64,000 bases of DNA from a virus: positions 1-64,000 of IMG/VR virus record IMGVR_UViG_3300028392_000060. One strand, given 5' to 3'. The notes beneath the pieces are model-generated. The model was not told the DNA's origin. It ran no database searches and was given only the letters and a program-made list of their open reading frames with translations. Shown piece by piece: positions 33,545 through 45,064 of the stretch. Position 1 is the stretch's first letter. Each line of letters opens with the position of its first letter. Both the position numbers and the translations under genes were made by a program.

Positions 33545-36500
33545 ATGGCAAGAAAGATTATATTAGAAACAGGTTATACGTTTAGTCCATCTTTAAAGAC
33601 GGTGGTAATTCCAAGAATTGTTGATCAAGAACGTTTAGTACTTATAACTAATACCACTAAAAATAAAGTCATTTATAATTTTTCTGATGCATCGCTCCTT
33701 GCAACAACATATACAACATATGGAGAAAATTATCTAACAGCGGGTATTATTTCAGCCACAGCTTCTGGTTCTGCAATAACATTTACCGCAAACAACTCTT
33801 TTACAGTTGGACAAAATGTAACAATTACTGGTGTAACACCAGCATCATTTAATATTTCAGGAACTATTACAGCAACAACTTCAACTACATTTACTGTTTC
33901 ATCAACAGTTGTTGGAACATATGTTTCAGGTGGTCAAGCAGCAATTTCTGAAAATACTGTTTTAGTTTTTAACTATAATACATCTGCAATGGCAGCAACA
34001 GATAAGTTGCAAATTACAATTGATGAATATGCAGAAAAATTTGAGCCATCACAAGAATTAACAGACCCAGTTGGAAAACTAAGAACTTCTTCTGCACAAG
34101 CTCTTATTGATACTGACTTTGAATATGGCCCACAAACTTCTAAATGGGAAAATTTAGGTTTAATTAATCAAAAGCCTTTTTCTTATGCATTTAACTTTAA
34201 CGCTCTTTTAATTTCAGATATTCAATCAGGCGCAGCTGGAACCAAAACAATTACGGTAACGCTTACCACATCTACAGCAACAGCTTCAAATGCAATTGGT
34301 AACGGAACAACAGCTGTTTACACAACATCTTCTGCACACGGATTTTCAGTGGGACAACTTGTTACAGTCGGCTCTGGTTTTACTGGAGGTTCTTATGCAA
34401 CAACTTCAGGATTTCCAAGTCCAATTCTAGCAATTCCATCACCAACATCGTTTATTATTGCAAATGCAACTGCAGCAAATACGCCAACTACGGCAGGAAC
34501 TGCAACAGTAACGGCGGGAGTAGCTCCAGCAATTGGTTCTCCAATTTCAATTATTGATACTCTTACACCAACAGCAACTGGAAACTATACAGTTGAAACT
34601 CGTGCAAATGAAACAACATTTACATATACAGCAAAAGGCTCAACACCTACAGGTTGGGCATCACAAACAATTTTTGATACAAATAAAACACTTATAGCTC
34701 TAGGCAACCTTTATTCTGGATCAGCAATTACAGCTTCTTCAATTACAAACTCTTCAAACTTAGTAACAGTTACAACTAATTATCCTCACGGATTGCATAT
34801 TGGAAATGAAATTTCACTTATTGGGTCAACAGCAACAACAAATGCACCTAATGGCAACTGGACGGTAGCTGGCGTAACATCTCCAACAGTATTTACATTT
34901 TATGCAACAAGCGTACCAACAGGAACAATAGCAGTCAGCCAAACAGCAACAACAGCATCAGGATCTTCATCTTCTAATATTATTACAGTTGCTTCAGCAA
35001 CAAATATTGTTGTTGGAATGATTGTTGCAGCAGCAGGTATTTCAACAGGAACAATTGTTACGGGTGTACAAGGAACTGTTATAACATTATCACAAAACTT
35101 AACAGCTGCATTGTCTACAACATCAACAACATTTTATACATCAATTTATGTTCGTTCTCAAGCACAGGTAAAGCATCGTGCATTTGATGGTGGAGTTTTG
35201 TTTTCAAGTAATGGAACTTCAAATAACGCATCACAAGTTCGTCAAACACGTCGTTACTTTAGATATCAATCAGGTAAAGGCATTCAAATTTCTTCAGGAA
35301 CAATTCTTAAGCCAACTTATGGAATTGACTCTTTAACTTATTCAAGCCCATATGTTTCAGTTCAAACAAAAGAAGCACACGGATTGCAACCAGGTTATCA
35401 AGTTACAATTTATGGCGCAAATGAAAATGGATATAATGGAGCATTTGCGGTAGCTTCAGTTACTGGTGTTACTACATTTACATACATTCCATTGACAGCA
35501 CCAGCTACAGCAATTGCATCAGGATCTTATTATGCATCAGTTTCAGGTTGGAATGGTGCTTCAAATAGACTAGGAATGTTTGATCAGCAAAATGGTGTAT
35601 TTTTTGAGTTTGATGGCACTACTTTAAATGCGGTACGTCGTTCATCTATTTATCAAACAGCAGGTAAAGTTTCTATAACTCAAGGACAGAATACTGTATC
35701 ACAAACAAGCACAAATTATCCAACATCATTTAATAAGCAGTTAGTTCCAGGAGACTATATTGTTCTTCGTGGACAATCTTATAAGATTACAGATATTGCT
35801 TCTGATACATCTCTTACAATTCAACCAGCATATCGTGGAGCATCAGCTACAAACGTAATTGTGTCTAAAACAATTGATACCAAGATTCCACAATCACAAT
35901 GGAATATTGACAAGTGCGATGGAACTGGTCCTTCAGGATACAATATTGATCTTACAAAGATGCAAATGTTTTATATTGATTACTCTTGGTATGGAGCGGG
36001 TGCAGTAAGATGGGGATTTAGAGGTCCAAAGGGACAGATTATTTACGTACATAAGCAAGCAAATAATAATCAAAATGCTACAGCATACATGCGTTCTGGT
36101 AACTTGGCGGGTCGTTATGAATCTACAACTCTTCCATCAACCACACAAACAACAGCAACTTTTGCAACAACTGATACAACAATCAGCGTTGCAGGCACAG
36201 GCGGACTTTATGTTCCATCTTCAATCACACAAACACTAACAGGTGGATCATCTGGAACAAATACAGTAACAGTAGGCTCTACAGCGGGCATAACAGTTGG
36301 AATGTTTGCTTCAGGAACAGGAATTGCTGCTGGAGCACTAGTTACAGCAATTAATACATCAACATCAACAATTACACTTTCAATTAATAACACAGGAACA
36401 GTTTCGGGAACTGGAACATTCCAAACATATCCAGGAACTGCAGTTGTTAGAAATGGATCAAACTGGGAGTATATTAACTACACAGGAATAACATCCAATA

Positions 36501-37717
36501 CTCTAACTGGTATTACTCGTGGACAAGCAGGAGCAACAGCAGTTGCAACTACACTTGCAGTTGGATCTAATATAGCAACTGTAACTTCTACAGCAGGATT
36601 ACAAGTGGGCATGAGAGCAATCAGCCCAGCACTTCCAGATGGAACAAAGATTGAGTATATTGCAGGAACAACGACATTGGTTTTGTCAGCATCTCCAACA
36701 ACTGCTAATCCAACTATTTGGTTCCCAGCTATGGGCACCACGTCTGGAACACCAGGCTCTACTTCGGGCACAACAGTAACAACAGGAGCAAATGCATTTG
36801 CATATTCAGCAACTGCACCAACAGTTGTAGAACAAGCATTTCCAACATTTGGACCTTCAATATCACACTGGGGAACATCTGTTATTATGGATGGTCGTTT
36901 TGATGATGATAAATCACTTCTCTTTACTTATGGTCAAACAGCAGCCACAACTTTGGGTGGAACTACTCCAGCAACATATGTTTATGCATCAGGTGGAGCA
37001 TCAGGTCAAGCAACTGTAGTTGTAACAGTAACTGCAGGAACTGTTATTCCAATAGGCTCTCTAATTTCAGGAACAGGTGTTTCAACAGGAACTATTATTA
37101 CAAACGTAGTTCAAACAACCACAACTACATATACGCTAACTCTATCTGCAAACTTAACAACACAAGCTGCAAATAATTATGTAGTTTCAGGTGCAACATC
37201 TAAAGCATTGCTATCAATCCGCATTGCACCTTCTGTAGATAATGGTTTTGCAGCAGCATTTGGTGCTCGTGAACTTCTTAATAAGATGCAATTACAAACA
37301 AAGGCACTAGATATTTCATTGCTTGGTTCTACAAATGGTAACGTGCTTGTACAGGCTTATCTAAATGGATCAGTATATAATCAAATTGCAACAACAAATA
37401 CAGCATGGACAAATGCTGTAAGAAACTCTGTAAATACTCCAAACTCTTCTCTTGCTCAGATTGCTGATTATTCAGGATCATCTTATTTGATTCAGGGCGG
37501 TGAAGTTACAGGTGGATTCTTTGCTAACTCAACAGGAACAATTGACTTCTCTCAGGTTCGTGATTTAGGAAATGCAGTTCTTGGTGGAGGTTCTGGATAC
37601 TCAAATACACAGGTTTACCCAGATGGTCCAGATACACTTACTATTGTTGTAACAAATGTAGGTACAACTCCTCAGTCAGTTCTAGGTCGTATTTCTTGGA
37701 CTGAAGCACAAGCTTAA
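33545..37717 (+). CDS. large Ser/Thr-rich virion structural protein
   Basis: DPVGKLRTS, HG(F/L)..G repeats, QTRRYFRYQSGKG, IDYSWYGAG, ISWTEAQA. Confidence 0.75.
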   Translation: MARKIILETGYTFSPSLKTVVIPRIVDQERLVLITNTTKNKVIYNFSDASLLATTYTTYGENYLTAGIISATASGSAITFTANNSFTVGQNVTITGVTPASFNISGTITATTSTTFTVSSTVVGTYVSGGQAAISENTVLVFNYNTSAMAATDKLQITIDEYAEKFEPSQELTDPVGKLRTSSAQALIDTDFEYGPQTSKWENLGLINQKPFSYAFNFNALLISDIQSGAAGTKTITVTLTTSTATASNAIGNGTTAVYTTSSAHGFSVGQLVTVGSGFTGGSYATTSGFPSPILAIPSPTSFIIANATAANTPTTAGTATVTAGVAPAIGSPISIIDTLTPTATGNYTVETRANETTFTYTAKGSTPTGWASQTIFDTNKTLIALGNLYSGSAITASSITNSSNLVTVTTNYPHGLHIGNEISLIGSTATTNAPNGNWTVAGVTSPTVFTFYATSVPTGTIAVSQTATTASGSSSSNIITVASATNIVVGMIVAAAGISTGTIVTGVQGTVITLSQNLTAALSTTSTTFYTSIYVRSQAQVKHRAFDGGVLFSSNGTSNNASQVRQTRRYFRYQSGKGIQISSGTILKPTYGIDSLTYSSPYVSVQTKEAHGLQPGYQVTIYGANENGYNGAFAVASVTGVTTFTYIPLTAPATAIASGSYYASVSGWNGASNRLGMFDQQNGVFFEFDGTTLNAVRRSSIYQTAGKVSITQGQNTVSQTSTNYPTSFNKQLVPGDYIVLRGQSYKITDIASDTSLTIQPAYRGASATNVIVSKTIDTKIPQSQWNIDKCDGTGPSGYNIDLTKMQMFYIDYSWYGAGAVRWGFRGPKGQIIYVHKQANNNQNATAYMRSGNLAGRYESTTLPSTTQTTATFATTDTTISVAGTGGLYVPSSITQTLTGGSSGTNTVTVGSTAGITVGMFASGTGIAAGALVTAINTSTSTITLSINNTGTVSGTGTFQTYPGTAVVRNGSNWEYINYTGITSNTLTGITRGQAGATAVATTLAVGSNIATVTSTAGLQVGMRAISPALPDGTKIEYIAGTTTLVLSASPTTANPTIWFPAMGTTSGTPGSTSGTTVTTGANAFAYSATAPTVVEQAFPTFGPSISHWGTSVIMDGRFDDDKSLLFTYGQTAATTLGGTTPATYVYASGGASGQATVVVTVTAGTVIPIGSLISGTGVSTGTIITNVVQTTTTTYTLTLSANLTTQAANNYVVSGATSKALLSIRIAPSVDNGFAAAFGARELLNKMQLQTKALDISLLGSTNGNVLVQAYLNGSVYNQIATTNTAWTNAVRNSVNTPNSSLAQIADYSGSSYLIQGGEVTGGFFANSTGTIDFSQVRDLGNAVLGGGSGYSNTQVYPDGPDTLTIVVTNVGTTPQSVLGRISWTEAQA

Positions 37718-37734
37718 TAAAGGGGGAATAGTAA

Positions 37735-38349
37735 ATGGCTTTAAACAAGCTACAACATCAATATACTGAACCCTTTAAAGTATCTGCATTAAATGTTGAC
37801 AGTAATTTAAACGTTGGCGGAATTGTAAATGCTTCTAATTTTACAATAAATGGTAAACCATTAAGTGTTGATCTATCTGGAGTAATTAATAATAGTCTTA
37901 CAACCACTACTGGAGATTTAATTTATGCTTCTTCAGCTAATACCCCCGCTCGTTTAGGAATTGGTTCTACAAATCAAGTTCTTACAGTAGTAGGTGGCGT
38001 ACCAGCATGGGCCGCAGCAACTGGAGGCGGGGCAACAACCACTACATTTACTTTATCTTCAAATACAATTACAACTGTAGAAACTGTAGCATTATCTACA
38101 TTTACCACAATTGAATATACATTATCAATTAAACAAGGAACAAAAATAAGAAGTTCTAAGATATATGTACAAACTGATGGATCAAGCAATGTTGATTATG
38201 TAGAATATGCAGTAATGTCAACTGGAGGAACAATGACGGGAATTTCAATAGTTTCCGCCCTATCTAGCACAAATATGATTTTACAAGCAACAATAACAGA
38301 TGCTGCTTCAACAAATGCTACAATTAAATATCAAAAAGTGACAATATAA
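37735..38349 (+). CDS. minor tail protein
   Basis: TTTGDLIYAS...ARLGIG...QVLTV..G.PAW fibre motif. Confidence 0.65.
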   Translation: MALNKLQHQYTEPFKVSALNVDSNLNVGGIVNASNFTINGKPLSVDLSGVINNSLTTTTGDLIYASSANTPARLGIGSTNQVLTVVGGVPAWAAATGGGATTTTFTLSSNTITTVETVALSTFTTIEYTLSIKQGTKIRSSKIYVQTDGSSNVDYVEYAVMSTGGTMTGISIVSALSSTNMILQATITDAASTNATIKYQKVTI

Positions 38350-38350
38350 A

Positions 38351-40573
38351 ATGGCAATTCAACCATTTGAAATTACAGGCAATTTAACAGTAGATGGAAA
38401 TTATAAAAACCCTGTTGTAACTAATCCATTATTTGTTGCAGTATCAAACTCAACAACAGCCGTATCATCAACAGATAGCATAACCTGGACGTTACGTACT
38501 ATGCCATCATCTGCAAATTGGAGTTCAATAACCTATGGCAATGGAGTATTTGTTGCAATAGCAGGATCTCCATCAACCTCAGCAGCCTCATCAATTGATG
38601 GAATAACATGGTCTTTAAGAACTATGCCGTCATCTGCAAATTGGATAGCAGTAACTTATGGCAATGGAGTATTTGCTGCAGTAACATTTAGTTCATCATC
38701 AGCAGCCTCATCAACTGATGGCATTACTTGGTCTTTAAGAACTTTGCCAGTAGCTGCAGGTTGGCAATCAGTAACTTATGGCAATGGAGTATTTTTTGTA
38801 GTAGTATATGCCTCTACAACAGCAGCTTCATCAACTGATGGTATAACTTGGGCCTTACGTACTTTGCCATCATCTGCAGCATGGTATTCAGTAACTTACG
38901 GCAATGGAGTATTTGCTGCAGTAGCAAATAGCTCAAACTCAGCCGCCTCATCAACCAATGGCGTAACTTGGACATTACGCACTTTGCCAGTATCTGCAAC
39001 CTGGTATTCAGTAACTTATGGCAACGGAGTATTTGCTGCAGTAACAAACAGCTCAACAGCAGCAGCTTCATCAACTGATGGCATAACTTGGTCCTTACGT
39101 ACTTTGCCATCATCTCCAGCATGGTATTCAGTAACTTACGGCAATGGAGTATTTGCTGCAGTAGCAAATAGCTCAACAGCAGCAGCTTCATCAACCAATG
39201 GTATTACTTGGGCCTTACGTACTTTGCCATCAACTGCAACTTGGCAATCAGTAACCTATGGCATTTCAACTCAAATTAATTTAGTTCCTGCATCTACTTT
39301 AATCCCAAATAATCAAAATGTAACTTCTAACATTCAAACACAATTAAATGCATTAGCACCTTTAAATAACCCAACATTAACATCTGCAAGTTTAATATCA
39401 AGTAATTTACAAAGTAATGTATTTGCTGCAGTAGCACAATCCTCAACCTCAGCAGCTTCATCAACCGATGGTATAACATGGACTCTAAGAACTATGCCAT
39501 CATCTACAACTTGGATAGCAGTAACTTATGGCAATGGAGTATTTGCTGCAGTAGCATATAGCTCAACAGCAGCAGCTTCATCAACCGATGGTATTACTTG
39601 GGCCTTACGCACTTTGCCAGCATCTGCAATTTGGGTTTCAATATCTTATGGCAATGGAGTATTTGCTGCAGTAGCACAAAGCTCAACCTCAGCCGCCTCA
39701 TCAACCAATGGCGTAACTTGGACATTACGCACTTTGCCATCATCTGCAACTTGGCAATCATTAGCTTATGGCAATGGAGTATTTGTTGCAGTAGCACTTA
39801 GCACAACAGCAGCAGCTTCATCAACCGATGGTATTACTTGGGCCTTACGTACTCTGCCATCATCTACAGGTGCAGTAACTTATGGCAATGGAGTATTTGC
39901 TGCAGTATCAAATGGCACATCATCAGCAGCCTCATCAACTGATGGTATAACCTGGACGTTACGTACTATGCCATCAGCTACAGCATGGTTTTCAGTAACT
40001 TACGGCAACGGAGTATTTGCTGCAGTAGCAAATAGCTCAACAACAGCAGCCTCATCAACCAATGGCATAACATGGACTCTAAGAACTTTGCCAGTATCTG
40101 CAAATTGGTATTCAGTAACTTATGGCAATGGAGTATTTGCTGCAGTTGTACAAGGTTCAACTTCGGCAGCCTCATCAACTGATGGAATAACATGGTCTTT
40201 AAGAACTATGCCAGTATCTGTATTTTGGCAATCAGTAACTTCAGCACCAACCCAATTTTCAATAAATTCACAATCAATTCAAGGGCAATATGTAGGCCCA
40301 ATTACAACTCCAACATATACTGTAGGGCCATATGATAAATATATAACTATTAATACAACAGCAACGCATACTATAACCCTTCCCGCCCCAGGTTTATATC
40401 CAAATAGAGAAATAACAATAAAACAAATTGCTGCGTTTACTGTTGTTTCCGCATCTTCTAACGTAATTCCGCTTACATCAAATACGGCGGGAACTGCAAT
40501 ACTTTCTGGATTAGGTAAATTTGCAACATTAATATCTGACGGTTATAACTGGATAATAAGGGAATCTAATTAA
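38351..40573 (+). CDS. Asp-box (BNR) double 7-blade beta-propeller fibre protein 1
   Basis: 14 repeats of about 40 aa, SSTDGITW.LRT.P...W..VTYGNGVF. Confidence 0.75.
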   Translation: MAIQPFEITGNLTVDGNYKNPVVTNPLFVAVSNSTTAVSSTDSITWTLRTMPSSANWSSITYGNGVFVAIAGSPSTSAASSIDGITWSLRTMPSSANWIAVTYGNGVFAAVTFSSSSAASSTDGITWSLRTLPVAAGWQSVTYGNGVFFVVVYASTTAASSTDGITWALRTLPSSAAWYSVTYGNGVFAAVANSSNSAASSTNGVTWTLRTLPVSATWYSVTYGNGVFAAVTNSSTAAASSTDGITWSLRTLPSSPAWYSVTYGNGVFAAVANSSTAAASSTNGITWALRTLPSTATWQSVTYGISTQINLVPASTLIPNNQNVTSNIQTQLNALAPLNNPTLTSASLISSNLQSNVFAAVAQSSTSAASSTDGITWTLRTMPSSTTWIAVTYGNGVFAAVAYSSTAAASSTDGITWALRTLPASAIWVSISYGNGVFAAVAQSSTSAASSTNGVTWTLRTLPSSATWQSLAYGNGVFVAVALSTTAAASSTDGITWALRTLPSSTGAVTYGNGVFAAVSNGTSSAASSTDGITWTLRTMPSATAWFSVTYGNGVFAAVANSSTTAASSTNGITWTLRTLPVSANWYSVTYGNGVFAAVVQGSTSAASSTDGITWSLRTMPVSVFWQSVTSAPTQFSINSQSIQGQYVGPITTPTYTVGPYDKYITINTTATHTITLPAPGLYPNREITIKQIAAFTVVSASSNVIPLTSNTAGTAILSGLGKFATLISDGYNWIIRESN

Positions 40574-42798
40574 TGGCTAATTTATCATTTGAAATTACAG
40601 GAGATATACAAGCAGATGCAAATTATAGATATCCTAGTCTACCCACTCCATTATTTGTTTCAGTAGCAAACGGCTCAACATCAGCAGCCTCATCAACCGA
40701 CGGCATAACATGGTCTTTGCAAACTTTGCCATCATCTGCATTTTGGGAATCATTAGCTTATGGCAATGGAGTATTTGTTTCAGCAGCAAATAACTCAACC
40801 ACAGCAGCCTCATCAACTGATGGCATTACATGGTCTTTAAGAACTTTGCCAGTATCTGCAAACTGGTTTTCATCAGCTTATGGCAATGGAGTATTTGCTG
40901 CAATAGCATATGGCACAACAGCAGCCGCCTCATCAACTAATGGTATTACATGGACTTTACGTACTATGCCATCATCTGCATTTTGGGAATCATTATCTTA
41001 TGGCAATGGAGTATTTGTTGCAGCAGCAAACAGCACAACCACAGCAGCCTCATCAACTGATGGCATTACTTGGTCTTTAAGAACTTTGCCAGTATCTGCA
41101 AATTGGCTTACAACAACTTATGGTAATGGAGTATTTATTGCAGCAGCAAACAGCTCAACATCAGCAGCCTCATCAACCGATGGTATTACATGGTCCTTAC
41201 GTACTTTGCCAACATTGGCATATTGGTATTCAATAACTTATGGCAATGGAGTATTTGTTGCAGCAGCAAACAGCACAACCACAGCAGCCTCATCAACTGA
41301 TGGCATTACTTGGTCTTTAAGAACTTTGCCAGTAGCTGCAGCTTGGTCTTCAACAGCTTATGGCAATGGATTATTTATTGCAGTAGCACAAAGCTCAACA
41401 TCAGCTTCATCAACCAATGGTATTACTTGGAATCTACGCACTTTGCCATCAGATACAGGTTGGTATTCAGTAACTTATGGCACTCAACCTCCATTAATTG
41501 TCCCCGCATCTACTTTAATCCCAAATAATCAAAATGTTACATCAAATATTCAAACACAAATAAATCAATTAGCACCTTTAAATAACTCAACATTAACATC
41601 TGCAAGTTTAATATCAAGTAATTTACAAAGTAATGTATTTGCTGCAGTAGCATATAGCTCAACATCAGCAGCAACATCAACTGATGGTATAACTTGGACT
41701 TTACGTACTTTGCCATCATCTGCAAACTGGCAAGCAATAACTTATGGCAATGGAGTATTTGCTGCAGTAGCAACAACATCATCAACTACAGCAACCTCAT
41801 CAACTGATGGTATAACTTGGACTTTAAGAACTTTGTCATCATCTGCATATTGGCAATCATTAGCTTATGGCAATGGAGTATTTGTTGCAATATCAAACTC
41901 AACAACAGCCGTATCATCAACAGATGGCATAACTTGGACTACAAGAACTTTTCCATCATCTGCAAACTGGCAAGCAATAACTTATGGCAATGGAGTATTT
42001 GCTGCAGTAGCAAATGGCATAACAACAGCAGCCTCATCAACTGATGGTATTACTTGGTCTTTAAGAACTTTGCCAGTAGCTGGAAACTGGTATTTAATAA
42101 CTTACGGCAATGGAGTATTTGCTGCAGTAGTAAGTAGCTCAACCACAGCAGCCTCATCAACTGATGGAATAACATGGGCTTTAAGAACTTTACCAGTATC
42201 TACACTTTGGTATTCAATAACTTATGGCAATGGAGTATTTGCTGCAGTAGCAGGTAGCACAACCACAGCAGCCTCATCAACCGATGGCATAACATGGTCT
42301 TTAAGAACTATGCCAGCATCTGCAACTTGGGGTTCAATAACTTACGGTAATGGAGTATTTGTTGCAGCAGGATATAACTCAACCACAGCAGCCTCATCAA
42401 CCAATGGAATAACTTGGTCTTTAAGAACTTTGCCATCATCTGCAGCATGGCAATCAGTAACTTCAGCACCAACCCAATCTTCAATAAATTCACAATCAAT
42501 TCAAGGGCAAACAATTCAATATGTATCAACCAATACATATGTTGTAGGATTATATGATAAAAGTATAACATTTAATGGAACCGCAACATGTACAGTAACT
42601 TTACCAATTGCAGGACAATATCCAGGAAGAGAAATACATTTAAAAACAATTGCTGCATTTACTGTGATTTCTGCTTCTTCTAACGTATTCCCGCTCGCAA
42701 CAAATACGGCGGGAACTGCAATATTATCAGCAACAGCAGGAAAATATGCTAAATTAGTATCAGATGGATATTTCTGGGTTATAATGGAGGCTAACTAA
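40573..42798 (+). CDS. Asp-box double beta-propeller fibre protein 2
   Basis: 14 repeats; same linker and C-terminal domain as paralog 1. Confidence 0.75.
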   Translation: MANLSFEITGDIQADANYRYPSLPTPLFVSVANGSTSAASSTDGITWSLQTLPSSAFWESLAYGNGVFVSAANNSTTAASSTDGITWSLRTLPVSANWFSSAYGNGVFAAIAYGTTAAASSTNGITWTLRTMPSSAFWESLSYGNGVFVAAANSTTTAASSTDGITWSLRTLPVSANWLTTTYGNGVFIAAANSSTSAASSTDGITWSLRTLPTLAYWYSITYGNGVFVAAANSTTTAASSTDGITWSLRTLPVAAAWSSTAYGNGLFIAVAQSSTSASSTNGITWNLRTLPSDTGWYSVTYGTQPPLIVPASTLIPNNQNVTSNIQTQINQLAPLNNSTLTSASLISSNLQSNVFAAVAYSSTSAATSTDGITWTLRTLPSSANWQAITYGNGVFAAVATTSSTTATSSTDGITWTLRTLSSSAYWQSLAYGNGVFVAISNSTTAVSSTDGITWTTRTFPSSANWQAITYGNGVFAAVANGITTAASSTDGITWSLRTLPVAGNWYLITYGNGVFAAVVSSSTTAASSTDGITWALRTLPVSTLWYSITYGNGVFAAVAGSTTTAASSTDGITWSLRTMPASATWGSITYGNGVFVAAGYNSTTAASSTNGITWSLRTLPSSAAWQSVTSAPTQSSINSQSIQGQTIQYVSTNTYVVGLYDKSITFNGTATCTVTLPIAGQYPGREIHLKTIAAFTVISASSNVFPLATNTAGTAILSATAGKYAKLVSDGYFWVIMEAN

Positions 42799-42799
42799 T

Positions 42800-45028
42800 A
42801 TGGCTAATTTACCTTTTGAAATTACATCAGATATAGCAGTAGATGGAAGTTATATTGATCCTACAGGAACTGTTTTAGTTCCCGCATCTACATTAATTAC
42901 AAATAATCAAAATGTAACTTCAAATATTCAAACACAAATAAATGGATTAGCAACTTTAAATAATACAACATTAACATCCGCAAATTTAATATCAAGTAAT
43001 TTACAAAGTAATGTATTTGTTGCAGTAGCACAAAGCTCAACAACAGCAGCCTCATCAACCGATGGTATTACATGGACGCTACGTACTTTGCCAGTATTTG
43101 CAAGTTGGTATTCAGTAACCTACGGCAATGGAGTATTTGCTGCAACAACAATTACCTCAACCTCAGCAGCTTCATCAACTGATGGCATAACTTGGTCCTT
43201 AAGAACTTTGCCAGTATCTGCAGCTTGGTATTCAGTAACCTATGGCAATGGATTATTTGCTGCAATATCAGGTAACTCATCAGCAGCTTCATCAACTGAT
43301 GGCATAACTTGGTCCTTAAGAACTTTGCCAGCAGCTTTAGGTTGGAATTCAGTAACTTATGGCAATGGAGTATTTGCTGTAGTTGTAATAGATTCAATTT
43401 CGGCAGCCTCATCAACTGATGGCATAACATGGACGCTACGCACTTTGCCAGCATCTGCAATTTGGACTTCAATAACTTATGGCAACGGAGTATTTGCTGC
43501 AGTAGCACAAAGCTCAACATCAGCAGCTTCATCAACTGATGGCATAACATGGACGCTACGCACTTTGCCATCATCTGCAAGTTGGTTTTCAGTAATTTAT
43601 GGCAATGGAGTATTTGCTGCAGTAGCATATAGCTCAACCTCAGCAGCCTCATCAACTGATGGCATAACATGGACGCTACGCACTTTGCCAGCATTTGCAA
43701 CTTGGCAATCAGTATCTTATAGTAATGGAGTATTTGTTGCAATAGCACAAAGCTCAACAACAGCAGCCTCATCAACCGATGGCATTACATGGTCTTTAAG
43801 AACTTTGCCAGCAAATGCATTTTGGAATTCAGTAACTTCAGCACCAATTCAATCTTCAATAAATTCTCAATCAATTCAAGGGCAAGTTATTAATTCAATT
43901 ACAACTCCATCTTATACCGTAGGACCTTATGATAAATATATTATTTATAATAGTTCAAACCTTAGTTCTACTGGAATATTTGCTGCAGTATCACAAGTCT
44001 CATCAACAACAGCAGCTTCATCAACTGATGGCATAACATGGACTTTAAGAACTTTGCCAACAGCTGCAGGTTGGTATGCAATATCTGCAGGAAATGGAGT
44101 ATTTATTGCATTAGGATCTAGTACAACCACAGCAGCCTCATCCTTCAACGGCACAACTTGGACTTTAAGAACTTTGCCAGTATCTACAAACTGGAAAAAT
44201 TCAATTTATGGTAATGGATTATTTGTTGCGCCATCATTTGGTAACTCAACAACAGCAGTTTCATCAACTGATGGTATAACTTGGTCACTACGCACTATGC
44301 CAGCAGCACTAAACTGGTCTTCAATAACTTATGGTAATGGAGTATTTGCTGCAGTATCAAGCAACAACATCACAACAGCAGCCTCATCAACCGATGGCAT
44401 AACATGGACTTTAACAACTTTACCAGTATCTGGCCTCTGGAGCTTAGCAACTTATGGTAATGGATTATTTGTTGCAGTAGCACAAAGCTCAACAACAGCA
44501 GCCTCATCAACTGATGGCATAACTTGGGCCTTACGTACTCTGCCAACAAATGCAATTTGGACATCAGCAGCTTATGGCAATGGAGTATTTGTTGTAGGAG
44601 GTGGAGCAAGTGGAACAACATCAACAGATGGAGTTACTTGGACTTTAAGAACTTTGGGTTTTATTTCACAGTCATTATCTTATGCCAATGGAATATTTGT
44701 TGGAATAGAATATAACTCAACAACAGCAGCCTCATCAACCAATGGCATAACATGGACTTTAAGAACTTTGCCAACATTGGCATATTGGACTGGAGTATCT
44801 TACGGCAACGGAATACTTGATGCAACAATAACTCTTCCAAATGCTGGTATATACCCAGGTCGGGAAATTACAATAAAATCTTTAGGCAATGGCAGTATAA
44901 ATTCAAATTCTTCTAACGTAATTCCGCTTACATCAAATACGGCGGGAACTGCAATACTTTCTGGTGCAGGTAAGTTTGCCAGATTAGTTAGTGATGGATA
45001 CAATTGGGTAATTGTCAGATCAAATTAA
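42800..45028 (+). CDS. Asp-box double beta-propeller fibre protein 3 (rearranged)
   Basis: 14 repeats; second propeller interrupts the C-terminal domain. Confidence 0.75.
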   Translation: MANLPFEITSDIAVDGSYIDPTGTVLVPASTLITNNQNVTSNIQTQINGLATLNNTTLTSANLISSNLQSNVFVAVAQSSTTAASSTDGITWTLRTLPVFASWYSVTYGNGVFAATTITSTSAASSTDGITWSLRTLPVSAAWYSVTYGNGLFAAISGNSSAASSTDGITWSLRTLPAALGWNSVTYGNGVFAVVVIDSISAASSTDGITWTLRTLPASAIWTSITYGNGVFAAVAQSSTSAASSTDGITWTLRTLPSSASWFSVIYGNGVFAAVAYSSTSAASSTDGITWTLRTLPAFATWQSVSYSNGVFVAIAQSSTTAASSTDGITWSLRTLPANAFWNSVTSAPIQSSINSQSIQGQVINSITTPSYTVGPYDKYIIYNSSNLSSTGIFAAVSQVSSTTAASSTDGITWTLRTLPTAAGWYAISAGNGVFIALGSSTTTAASSFNGTTWTLRTLPVSTNWKNSIYGNGLFVAPSFGNSTTAVSSTDGITWSLRTMPAALNWSSITYGNGVFAAVSSNNITTAASSTDGITWTLTTLPVSGLWSLATYGNGLFVAVAQSSTTAASSTDGITWALRTLPTNAIWTSAAYGNGVFVVGGGASGTTSTDGVTWTLRTLGFISQSLSYANGIFVGIEYNSTTAASSTNGITWTLRTLPTLAYWTGVSYGNGILDATITLPNAGIYPGREITIKSLGNGSINSNSSNVIPLTSNTAGTAILSGAGKFARLVSDGYNWVIVRSN

Positions 45029-45064
45029 ATATGCTACAATATACTAAACAACAAGGAGAAATAA

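Noticed and set aside
38351-45028. CRISPR array or diversity-generating retroelement in the ~120-nt repeats
   Set aside because: Repeats are in-frame coding blades with no unique spacers; variation is not confined to adenines; no cas or reverse transcriptase in the window
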